In this document: piece after piece, positions 1-8,795 of the stretch
Layout: the number at the start of each line of letters is the position of its first letter
Position numbering within the stretch: position 1 is the first letter of the stretch
From: Candidatus Limnocylindrales bacterium
GTDB taxonomy: Bacteria; Chloroflexota; Limnocylindria; QHBO01
Reading direction: 5' to 3'
Length of the DNA: 60,887 nucleotides
Assembly: GCA_035540715.1 (NCBI GenBank)
Contig: DATLGA010000095.1
Location: 1-60,887 of the forward strand
The notes under the pieces: model-generated
What the model was told of the DNA's origin: nothing
Seen by the model: the letters and a program-made list of their open reading frames with translations, nothing else
Databases searched by the model: none
Position numbers and translations under genes: made by a program

Positions 1-798
<798 letters not shown>

Positions 799-821
799 GC
801 GCCGATGATACGGCCTTGCAG

Positions 822-1583
822 TCAGTCGTCCCCGAACGGGTTCGGGCGCTTCGGCTTCTCCGGCGGCAGGCGGAAGAAGTCGTCCTCGTCCGGTGCCGAC
901 GGGACCGGCAGAGGCCAGTCGTCGCCTTCGTCCGGCGTCGAGGCGCGAATGAGGTCGGACCAGGCGTCCGCATCGGTCTCGCCGGACAGCTCCCGGCGGT
1001 AGACCGGGAACCGATCGTCGCCGGCCACCCGTTCGAAGCCTGATGCCTCGTAGACCGATGCAGGCCCCGGCGAGGGAACCCAGGGGTCATGCGCCGTCTC
1101 CGGGTAGGCCTCGACGGCGGTGATGCCGCGCCGATCCAGCTCCGAGCACACCGCCTCGAGGAAGGCGGCGCCGACGTCGGCCCGCCGGCCATCGGGGCCG
1201 GCTGAGGGCGTCACCTGCAGGCAGGTGATCACCCATGGCGTCGGAGACTCGGGCAGCTGCGGGTACCGGTCGCGAATCGACTGCGCTCGGGGGTACAGGC
1301 TCAGCGGCCCGAACTGCGCGTAGCCGACGGCGACGCGCTCGACCGCATCGCTGCGATAGGCGACCATCGCGTACGGACCGCCCGCACGGCGCGAGCCGAG
1401 GAGGCGGCCGCGCTTCAGCCGCTCCATTGGTGCGGGATCGGTGGCCTCGGGATCCGGGGGTTGGCGGCCGCCGTCGATGCGTTCCCAGTAGTCGCACGTC
1501 TGGCAGCGGGCCTCCCGCAGCGCGGGAGCCGGGATGTCGGCGAAGGTCTCGTCGCCGACGGCGACGAACTCGAGCTCAGGCAT
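822..1583 (-). CDS. GNAT-like acetyltransferase-fold protein with an acidic/Pro-rich C-terminal tail
   Basis: Lies inside track ORF 822..1688. Start moved to ATG 1583 (MPELEFVAV), which overlaps the hutH stop as ATGCCTGA. The core ..[33 protein letters not shown].. looks like a GNAT acetyl-CoA site. The tail is [20 protein letters not shown]. Confidence 0.5.
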   Translation of the reverse strand: MPELEFVAVGDETFADIPAPALREARCQTCDYWERIDGGRQPPDPEATDPAPMERLKRGRLLGSRRAGGPYAMVAYRSDAVERVAVGYAQFGPLSLYPRAQSIRDRYPQLPESPTPWVITCLQVTPSAGPDGRRADVGAAFLEAVCSELDRRGITAVEAYPETAHDPWVPSPGPASVYEASGFERVAGDDRFPVYRRELSGETDADAWSDLIRASTPDEGDDWPLPVPSAPDEDDFFRLPPEKPKRPNPFGDD

Positions 1584-3123
1584 CGGCCGTGGCGGCTCCG
1601 GTGAGCTGGCTGACGCCGTTGGCGAGGAGGTCGCCGCCGTGGACGAGCTGGCGCACGGTCGCGATGTCCGGGGCGGGCGGCCGGTCATCGGCGAGGTGTG
1701 GCACGTGCCGGCGGATCACGCCATGCGCCACCGCGATGCCCCGGCCGGGTTGCAGCGGCGCTCGGAAGTCGATGCCCTGGGCGGCACACAGCGCCTCGAT
1801 GGCGAGCACGTGCTCCGCGCGGTCGATGGCCTCGCGCAGCAGCAGCGCGCTCGTGGCACCCATGCTCACGTGGTCCTCCTGGTTCGCGCTGGTCGGAATC
1901 GTGTCGACCGAGGGCGGGTGTGCGAGGGTCTGCAGCTCGTTCACGAGCGCCGCGGCGGTGTAGTGCGCGATCATGAGCCCGCTCTGCACGCCCGGCCGCT
2001 CCGCGAGGAACGGCGGCAGGCCCGACAGGCTCGCGTCGACGAGGCGCGCGGTCCTCCGCTCCGAGATGGAGGCGAGCTCGATCACGGCGTTGCGGGCGTG
2101 GTCCAGCGTCAGCGCCAGCGGCTCGCCGTGGAAGTTGCCCCCGGAGACGACCTCCCCTGACGGGAAGACGAGCGGATTGTCGGTCACGGCGTTGATCTCG
2201 ATGGACAGGACTCGCTCGAGCTCGGCCAGGGCGTCGCGAACGGCGCCATGGACCTGCGGCATGCAGCGCAGGCTGTAGGCGTCCTGGACCTTGTGCTCGC
2301 TGTCGGCCCGATGCGAGCTCCAGATCTCACTGTCCGCCATGAGAGCCCGCAGGTGCGCGGCCGATGCGAGCTGGCCCGGATGCGGTCGCGCCGCGACGAG
2401 ACGCTCGTCGAACGCCGCCGCGGTGCCCAGCATCGCCTCGAGACTCATGGCGCCGATGACGTCACCCACCAGCGCCAGGCGCAGCGCGTCGTGGTGCGCC
2501 AGCACCCCGATCCCCGCCATGAGCTGCGTTCCGTTGAGGAGCGCCAGGCCCTCCTTGGCCGCCAGCGTCACCGGCTCCAGGCCGGCCGTCGCGAGCGACT
2601 CGATCCCGGGCATCGGCTGGCTGCCGTCGACCGTCGCCTCCCCTTCGCCGATCACGACGAGCGCGAGATGGGCGAGCGGTGCGAGGTCGCCCGAGGCGCC
2701 GAGGCTGCCGCGGGAGGGCACCACCGGATGGACCCGCGCATTCAGCATGGCCAGGAGCAGCTCGACGACCTCCACGCGAATGCCCGATAGCCCGATGGCG
2801 AGGGCGTTCGCCCGCAGCAGCAGCATCGCCCGGATCACCTCATCGGGCAGCGGCGGTCCGACGCCGGCCGCGTGGGAGCGCACGAGGTTTCGCTGCAGCT
2901 CCGCGGTCTCGGATGGATCGATGCGGACGTTCGCCAGGTCGCCGAACCCGGTCGTGACGCCGTAGGCGGTCGCGCCGGCCTCGACGATGCGCTCGATGAC
3001 GCTGCGCGACTCCCGCATCCGGACCGCCGCCTCCGCGTCCAGGGTGACGGTCCGGTGGCCCCGAGCGACCTCGATGACGTGGTCGATCGTCAGCTGGCGG
3101 CCGGTGATCGGAAGCGGCGGCAT
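1576..3123 (-). CDS. hutH: histidine ammonia-lyase
   Basis: 515 aa. Contains the MIO-forming GSLGASGDLAPLAHL motif and full-length aromatic amino-acid lyase similarity. Confidence 0.95.
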   Translation of the reverse strand: MPPLPITGRQLTIDHVIEVARGHRTVTLDAEAAVRMRESRSVIERIVEAGATAYGVTTGFGDLANVRIDPSETAELQRNLVRSHAAGVGPPLPDEVIRAMLLLRANALAIGLSGIRVEVVELLLAMLNARVHPVVPSRGSLGASGDLAPLAHLALVVIGEGEATVDGSQPMPGIESLATAGLEPVTLAAKEGLALLNGTQLMAGIGVLAHHDALRLALVGDVIGAMSLEAMLGTAAAFDERLVAARPHPGQLASAAHLRALMADSEIWSSHRADSEHKVQDAYSLRCMPQVHGAVRDALAELERVLSIEINAVTDNPLVFPSGEVVSGGNFHGEPLALTLDHARNAVIELASISERRTARLVDASLSGLPPFLAERPGVQSGLMIAHYTAAALVNELQTLAHPPSVDTIPTSANQEDHVSMGATSALLLREAIDRAEHVLAIEALCAAQGIDFRAPLQPGRGIAVAHGVIRRHVPHLADDRPPAPDIATVRQLVHGGDLLANGVSQLTGAATADA

Positions 3124-3143
3124 CGCTGCCTATACTACGCACC

Positions 3144-3968
3144 GTGCGACGGCTGCCGGACCCCATGAGCCGTCTCGTCGTTCACGACGAGGCCGAGCAC
3201 CGCCTCGGGGGCGCGGTGCCCAGCCCGGCGGTCGCATTCCTCCTCTCGATGCTGGCCCTGCCGGCCCTCTTCTGGCTCGTGATGCTGAAGCGCACGACGG
3301 TCTACACGGCGCCGGAGGAGTGGATCATGACGAACGTCGTGCCCGCCGTGCACACCTGGGTGCAGACCCACCTGCCACCCGTGGAGCTCATGATCCTGGG
3401 CATCAGCGCGCTCGGCAGCGGCTGGTTCGTGGCCCTCGCCTTCGCCGCACTCGGGCTCCTGGCGCTCGCGCGCGGGCGCCGCGACCTCGCTCTCCTCCTG
3501 GCGCTCGGGACGCTGTGCTTCCCGATCGAGTGGGCGCTGAAATACTTCACCTCGGCCGAGGTCATCTCGCTGCCGGCTCTCGTCAGCGCGATCTTCAACG
3601 TCGACGAGGTCGGTCTCGACGACATCGCCGACTTCCCCGCGGGGCATGCGCTGCGCGCCACGGTTCTCTACGGCCTGGCGGCGTTCTGCGTGGCGCGCCT
3701 TGCGCACGATCACCGGCAGGGGTACATCGCCTACGTCGTGGCCGCGGCGCTGATCGGTGCCATCTCGCTGACGCGCATCTACCTCGGCGCTCACTTCCCG
3801 ATGGACATCATCGGCGGCTGGATGGCCGGCGGGTCGCTGCTCGCCATCCTCGTCGCGATTCACGTGCTCGACGTCGACGAGAAGGAGCGAGCCCGCGAGC
3901 TCGCCGCGGCGCGCAGCCGCGGCCGGCGTGTGGCCGTGCCGCGCCGCGAGCGGCCGTCGCCTCCTTGA
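3144..3968 (+). CDS. PAP2-family membrane phosphatase
   Basis: Multi-pass membrane protein with PAP2 motifs: ..FPAGHALRA.. and ..LTRIYLGAHFPMDIIGGW... GTG start lies 8 nt after a TATACT box. An alternative ATG is at 3165. Confidence 0.75.
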   Translation: MRRLPDPMSRLVVHDEAEHRLGGAVPSPAVAFLLSMLALPALFWLVMLKRTTVYTAPEEWIMTNVVPAVHTWVQTHLPPVELMILGISALGSGWFVALAFAALGLLALARGRRDLALLLALGTLCFPIEWALKYFTSAEVISLPALVSAIFNVDEVGLDDIADFPAGHALRATVLYGLAAFCVARLAHDHRQGYIAYVVAAALIGAISLTRIYLGAHFPMDIIGGWMAGGSLLAILVAIHVLDVDEKERARELAAARSRGRRVAVPRRERPSPP

Positions 3969-4011
3969 CCGCATTCCGCGCGCGTGACACGATCGGCGCC
4001 AACTGAAGGAA

Positions 4012-4175
4012 CCATCGTCTTCGGGGCGGGGTGAGATTCCCCACCGGCGGTCGGCTCGACACGTGAGCCAGCCCGCGACCCTCTGCGCCAGCCGGCGCCG
4101 AGGTTGACCTGACTCCCGGCGCATGCCGGGACAGACAGGGCCGACGGTCACAGTCCGGATGGGAGAAGACGACCG
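4012..4175 (+). promoter_or_regulatory. FMN riboswitch (RFN element)
   Basis: Contains TCGTCTTCGGGGCGGGGTGAGATTCCCCACCGGCGGT..AGCCCGCGA..GGTTGACCTGACTCCCGG..GCCGACGGTCACAGTCCGGATGGGAGAAGACGA. All conserved RFN blocks are present. P1 closes as tcgtcttc (4015-4022) with gaagacga (4165-4172). It lies about 120 nt upstream of the ABC ATPase start. Confidence 0.9.
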
Positions 4176-4293
4176 TGGCGTCGCGATCTTCGTGTCGCCG
4201 TCCGTCCGACGGGCTCGCAGCCCGCCGGTGGGCGTGCGGAGCTCGCGCCGGCGGTGAACGCCCCGTGCGCGATGGGCTGCACACGGAGGCTGA

Positions 4294-5124
4294 ATGACCC
4301 CACGAGGATCCGCCAGCGGCGCCCTCGGCGTCACGATCGATGACGTCGGGGTGCGGTTCGGCGTGCCCGGGCCCGGCCGCGTGACGGCGCTCGCTGGGCT
4401 GACCCTCGATGTACCCGCGGGCTCGTTCACGGTGGTGATCGGGCCGAACGGCTGCGGCAAGAGCACGCTGCTGCGTCTCGTCGCCGGACTCCTCGCTCCC
4501 GACTCGGGGTCGGTCCGCGTCGACGGCGTGGCGCCGGTGGCGGGCGACGGCCGCGTCGGCCTCGCGTTCCAGCAGCCGCGGCTCGTCCCGTGGCGCTCCA
4601 CGCTCGAGAACGTCGCCCTGCCGCTCGAGCTGGCGGGCATCGCCGCCCCCAGGCGGCGCGCGGCGGCGCTCGAGACCCTCGAGCGCGTCGGCCTCGCGGG
4701 CGCGGCGCAGCTGCGCCCCCGCGAGCTGTCCGGCGGCATGGCGCAGCGAGCCGCGCTTGCGCGGGCGCTCATCACCGATCCGCCGGTGCTCCTCCTCGAC
4801 GAGCCGTTCAGCGCGCTCGACGCGTTGACGCGGGAGACCTTCGACGCCGAGCTGCAGCGCCTCTGGCTCGAACGGCGGCGGACGGTGATCCTGGTCACGC
4901 ACAGCGTGCCCGAGGCGATCACCCTGGCCGATCGCGTCGTCGTCATGACTCCCCGTCCCGGCCGCGTGGCCCGCATCGTCGAGGTGGACCTCCCGCGGCC
5001 CCGCTCGGCCGACGTGGGCGGCGACGCGCACGCCGCGGCGCTCGGTGGCGAGGTGCGTGAGGCCCTCGCGGCGGCGCATGCGATCGAGCTGCGGCCGTGG
5101 GCCGAACAGGAGGGGGCCGCATGA
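4294..5124 (+). CDS. ABC transporter ATP-binding protein (NitT/TauT-like)
   Basis: Walker A GPNGCGKST, signature LSGGMAQR, Walker B LLLDEPFSALD. GGAGG lies 6 nt upstream of the ATG. Confidence 0.9.
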   Translation: MTPRGSASGALGVTIDDVGVRFGVPGPGRVTALAGLTLDVPAGSFTVVIGPNGCGKSTLLRLVAGLLAPDSGSVRVDGVAPVAGDGRVGLAFQQPRLVPWRSTLENVALPLELAGIAAPRRRAAALETLERVGLAGAAQLRPRELSGGMAQRAALARALITDPPVLLLDEPFSALDALTRETFDAELQRLWLERRRTVILVTHSVPEAITLADRVVVMTPRPGRVARIVEVDLPRPRSADVGGDAHAAALGGEVREALAAAHAIELRPWAEQEGAA

Positions 5125-5864
5125 GGCGGCTCGGCGGCGCGCTGCTCAGCCTGGCGGCGTTTCTGGTGGTGTGGAAGGCCGTGACCGTCATCGGCGGCTA
5201 CCCGGTCTACATCCTCCCGGCGCCCGAGGTCGTGGCCGAGCGTGGCGTCCGTGCCGTCTCGACCGGCCTGCTGTGGCACCACACGTCGCTCACGCTGCTC
5301 GAGATCGTCCTCGGGTTCGCGGCCGGCGCCGGCGCCGCGCTCGTGACCGGCGTGGCGCTCGGCAAGAGCGTCGTCGTGGAGCGCGTCCTCTCCCCCTACA
5401 TCGTCGCCGCGCAGGCCGTGCCGATCCTGGCCCTGGCCCCGCTCCTCGACATCTGGTTCGGCGGCGGCTTCCTCGCTCGCGTGGTCGTCTGCGCGCTCAT
5501 CGTCTTCTTCCCGATCGCGATCGCCACGATGGTCGGGATTCGATCCGCCGACCCGCTGCTCGACGAGATGCTGCGCAGCCTCGGCGCACGCTCCGCGCAG
5601 CGCACGCGTCTGCTCGAGATCCCATCGGCTCTGCCGGTGATCTTCGGGGGCCTGCGGGTGGGGGTCACGCTGGCGGTCATCGGCGCGGTCGTCGCCGAGT
5701 GGGCCTCGGCCGGCAGCACCGGCCTCGGGGTCCTGATCAACATCGCAAACCAGGGGCTGTTCGACACGCCCCTCATGTTCGTGGCGCTTGCCACGCTCGC
5801 CGTCCTCGGCCTCACCTTCTACGGCCTCGTCGTCCTCGTCGAGCGCCGCCTCGTCGTTCGCTGA
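5121..5864 (+). CDS. ABC transporter permease (BPD/NitT-TauT type)
   Basis: Six-TM permease. Start set at ATG 5121, which forms an ATGA overlap with the ATPase stop. The track start at 5097 is an in-frame alternative. Confidence 0.85.
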   Translation: MRRLGGALLSLAAFLVVWKAVTVIGGYPVYILPAPEVVAERGVRAVSTGLLWHHTSLTLLEIVLGFAAGAGAALVTGVALGKSVVVERVLSPYIVAAQAVPILALAPLLDIWFGGGFLARVVVCALIVFFPIAIATMVGIRSADPLLDEMLRSLGARSAQRTRLLEIPSALPVIFGGLRVGVTLAVIGAVVAEWASAGSTGLGVLINIANQGLFDTPLMFVALATLAVLGLTFYGLVVLVERRLVVR

Positions 5865-5876
5865 AAGGAACTCCCG

Positions 5877-6887
5877 TTGCGCTCTTCACGACTCCTCCTG
5901 GCCACCTTCGCCTTCGTGCTGGCCGCATGCCAGGCCGCCCCCGGCGTCACCGATGCGCCCGACAGCCCCGGCGAGCTTCGCCAGATCACGCTGCTCCTCG
6001 GTTACCGCCCCGACGTTCAGTTCGCGCCGTTCTACGTGGCGCAGCAGGAGGGCTTCTACGCCGATGCGGGCCTCGAGGTCACGATCGAGCATCGCCAGGC
6101 GCCAGACGTCCAGCGGCTCGTCGGATCGGGCGAGGCCGAGTTCGGCGTGGCGGATGCCACCGACGTCATGATCGGCCGCACCTCGGGCATCCCGATCCGT
6201 TACGTCTCGACGCTGTACCAGTCGTTCCCGGTCGCGCTCATCGGTGAGGCGGGAACGGTGCCCCAGGAACCGGCCGAGCTGGACGGCATGTCGATCGGCA
6301 CGCCCGGCCGGTTCGGCTCCTCATGGCACGCGCTGCTGGCTCTGCTCGAGGCCGGCGGCCTCACCGCCGACGACGTCACGATCCGCGAGTATCCGCAGTT
6401 CAACCAGGTCGACGGCCTGTCGAACGGCGACGTCGACCTCATCACCGGCTTCCGAAACAACGAGCCGCTGCGTCTCGAGGCGCGCGACATGGACGTGGAC
6501 CTGCTCACCGTGGACGACACCGTGCCGCTGCCCGGCCCGGGTGTCATCGCCGGAGACGAGCTGATCGCCGGCGACCCGGAGCTGGTCCGAGCCTTCGTCG
6601 AGGCGACGGCCGCCGCGCAGCGGGCCGTCATCGACGACCCCGATCTCGGCTTCGCAGCCGCCGAGCGCGAGGTCCCGACCATCGCCGAGGATCCCGAGGT
6701 GGCGCGCGCCGTCCTCGAAGCGACGATCGAGCTGTGGGTGGGCGACGGCTTCGACGACGGGGCTGTCGATCGGGACCTGTGGGAATCCGGCTACGACACG
6801 ATGCGAAGCCTCGAGTTCGTCGACGGATCGGTCCCGCTGGACGACATGATCGCTCCGGAGGTGATCGACGGCTCGTCAGGAGGCTGA
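5877..6887 (+). CDS. ABC substrate-binding lipoprotein, NMT1/THI5-like (candidate riboflavin-binding RibY-like)
   Basis: TTG start after AAAGGA. Lipoprotein signal MRSSRLLLATFAFVLAAC. The stretch ..LLLGYRPDVQFAPFYVAQQEGFYADAGLEV.. is typical of NMT1/THI5-type binding proteins. Confidence 0.8.
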   Translation: MRSSRLLLATFAFVLAACQAAPGVTDAPDSPGELRQITLLLGYRPDVQFAPFYVAQQEGFYADAGLEVTIEHRQAPDVQRLVGSGEAEFGVADATDVMIGRTSGIPIRYVSTLYQSFPVALIGEAGTVPQEPAELDGMSIGTPGRFGSSWHALLALLEAGGLTADDVTIREYPQFNQVDGLSNGDVDLITGFRNNEPLRLEARDMDVDLLTVDDTVPLPGPGVIAGDELIAGDPELVRAFVEATAAAQRAVIDDPDLGFAAAEREVPTIAEDPEVARAVLEATIELWVGDGFDDGAVDRDLWESGYDTMRSLEFVDGSVPLDDMIAPEVIDGSSGG

Positions 6888-7721
6888 CGCGATCCGCTCG
6901 GCGGACTCGACCGTCTGACGGAGGACCATCATCGGCGTGACCGGCCCGACGCCTCCCGGCACCGGACTGATCGCGGCGACGACCGGTGCGACGGCGTCGA
7001 AATCGACGTCGCCGACGAGCCGTCCCTCGACGGCGTTGATGCCGCAGTCGATCACCACGGCGGAGCCGTTCACCATCTCGGGGCCGATGAGCGCCGGCGA
7101 GCCCGCGGCCACGACGAGGACCTCGGCGCGACGGGTCTCGCGCGCCAGGTGGCGGGTCGCTCGATGGCAGATGACGACGGTCGCGTCACGCGCGAGGAGC
7201 AGGGAGGCGACCGGGCGTCCGACCACCGCCGAACGCCCGACGACGACGACCCGGCGCCCGGCGACCTCGATGCCGAAGGCCTCGATCATGGCGATGACCG
7301 CCAGCGCGGTGGCCGGCACGAAGGCGGGCTCGCCGCGTGCCAGCCAGCCGGCGTTCGTGGGTGTCGCCCCGTCGACGTCCTTGCCCGGATCGATGCGTTC
7401 CACGAGCCGTCGCCCGGCGGCGACGTCCGCGAAGGGCTGCGCCACGACGATGCCGGCCACGGTTGGGTCGTCGTTGAGGTCGCCGATGAGCCCCTCGTAC
7501 GACCGGTCGGTTCCGACGAGCGGCGCCGGCTCGATGCCGACCGCGCGCGCCGCGCGCTCGACGCTCGCCGCGTAGACGCTCGCCGCCTCGCTCGACCCGT
7601 CGCGCACGACCGCGAGGCGCGGCACCGCGCCGGACCGGGACGTGAGCCGCTCGACGCGTTCGCGCAGATCACGTCGGAGATGGGAGGCCAGCTCGCGACC
7701 ATCGAGCAGGCGAGCGGTCAA
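6876..7721 (-). CDS. folD: bifunctional methylenetetrahydrofolate dehydrogenase/methenyl-THF cyclohydrolase
   Basis: Lies within track ORF 6876..7979. Start set at TTG 7721, which overlaps the upstream stop as TTGA, giving 281 aa. Shows FolD hallmarks ..LLDGRELA.., ..DVDG.., ..VVVVGRSAVVGRPVA.., ..PVPGGVGPVT.. Confidence 0.9.
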   Translation of the reverse strand: MTARLLDGRELASHLRRDLRERVERLTSRSGAVPRLAVVRDGSSEAASVYAASVERAARAVGIEPAPLVGTDRSYEGLIGDLNDDPTVAGIVVAQPFADVAAGRRLVERIDPGKDVDGATPTNAGWLARGEPAFVPATALAVIAMIEAFGIEVAGRRVVVVGRSAVVGRPVASLLLARDATVVICHRATRHLARETRRAEVLVVAAGSPALIGPEMVNGSAVVIDCGINAVEGRLVGDVDFDAVAPVVAAISPVPGGVGPVTPMMVLRQTVESAERIASAS

Positions 7722-8359
7722 GCGAGTCGCTCCGCGACGACGGCGCGCAGCGCTCGGTCCCGCTCGTCGAGCGTCTCGAGCACCTCGTCGAGCGCCCGTG
7801 GGGCCTCGGCGCGCAACGGATCGTCCTCCGGCAGGAACGGGAGGTTGATCTGGACGTTCAAGGCCGCGCCCCGGATGGCCGCGACGGCGAGAAGGCCGGC
7901 GACGCCGACGTCGCTGATCGCGTTGCGATGGCCGACGGGCGCCAGACGCTCCGCGAGGCGCAGAAGCTCCTGGCCGCATCGCACGACCTCGAGCGGCATG
8001 CGGGTCGCCTCCTGCGTCGCGGCGTGGACCAGCGCGCGCCGCGCCTCCGCGTCGCGCTCGGTGTCGCGAGGCATGCGTCGCGCCTGGATCACGCCGTCAT
8101 AGGCCCGCGCGTCCAGCTCCGCGAGGTTGAGCAGCTCCGAATGCCACGTCGCAGCGGCGGCACCGATCTCCTGGAGGTCGGACCGGTCCCCATCTGTCGC
8201 GCGGTCGCCGCTCAGCTCCACGACCATGTGGAGGAGGGCTGCGCCCATGGCGCCCGCCAGCGCCGCGGCGCTGCCACCACCGGGCACCGGCTCGCGGGTC
8301 GAGAGGCGTCGGAGGAAGGCCTCGACGGTCAGCGATCGGAGGTCGTCGTCGTTCATCAC
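7718..8359 (-). CDS. formiminotetrahydrofolate cyclodeaminase / methenyl-THF cyclohydrolase family protein (FTCD_C domain)
   Basis: 213 aa. N-terminal ..FLRRLSTREPVPGGGSAAALAGAMGAALLHMV.. is the signature of the cyclodeaminase domain. Confidence 0.8.
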   Translation of the reverse strand: MMNDDDLRSLTVEAFLRRLSTREPVPGGGSAAALAGAMGAALLHMVVELSGDRATDGDRSDLQEIGAAAATWHSELLNLAELDARAYDGVIQARRMPRDTERDAEARRALVHAATQEATRMPLEVVRCGQELLRLAERLAPVGHRNAISDVGVAGLLAVAAIRGAALNVQINLPFLPEDDPLRAEAPRALDEVLETLDERDRALRAVVAERLA

Positions 8360-8438
8360 GGGCTCGCTTCAGGCGACCCCGCGGACGACGCTCGACCCGG
8401 TGGCCCCGCCGCTGATTGTAGGCGGCGAACCGGTCGCG

Positions 8439-8702
8439 TCAGGCCGCCTGGTCGACGGCCTCGACGAACCAGCGATGTCGTCGCGGGTCGTAGACGACCG
8501 ACGCCTGGCCGCCCTCCGCAGTCCGCAGGAGATAGATGACCCGCGGACCCCGATCCGCGGGGTAGGCGGACCGCTCGTCGCGGACGGCGTCGAGCTCGGT
8601 GATCCGGAGCTCGCAACCGTTCCACCGGACGCGCGACGGCCGGTCGGCCCGACCGTCCCATCGGACATCGGCCTCCACCGGCGTGATCTGGACGAGTGCC
8701 AT
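8439..8702 (-). CDS. hypothetical 87-aa soluble protein, predicted SOS-inducible
   Basis: ATG preceded by GGAG at 8 nt. Its own promoter carries two LexA boxes. GC is strong at third codon positions. No TM segment or catalytic motif was recognised. Confidence 0.6.
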   Translation of the reverse strand: MALVQITPVEADVRWDGRADRPSRVRWNGCELRITELDAVRDERSAYPADRGPRVIYLLRTAEGGQASVVYDPRRHRWFVEAVDQAA

Positions 8703-8740
8703 GGTGATGCTCCTTCAGCTGCGAAACCTGCCCGGAGCAC

Positions 8741-8756
8741 TCGAACAGGCGTTCGA
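8741..8756. promoter_or_regulatory. LexA operator (SOS box) 1
   Basis: Perfect palindrome TCGAACaggcGTTCGA, downstream of the predicted -10 of the small-ORF promoter. Confidence 0.8.
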
Positions 8757-8765
8757 TGGACGCAG

Positions 8766-8795
8766 ATCGTATCGAACAAACGTTCGATCCGTCAA
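8766..8795 (-). promoter_or_regulatory. sigma-70-type promoter with embedded LexA operator (SOS box 2 at 8772..8787)
   Basis: Minus strand reads TTGACG - 18 nt - TACGAT. The spacer contains the perfect palindrome TCGAACgtttGTTCGA. Confidence 0.75.
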
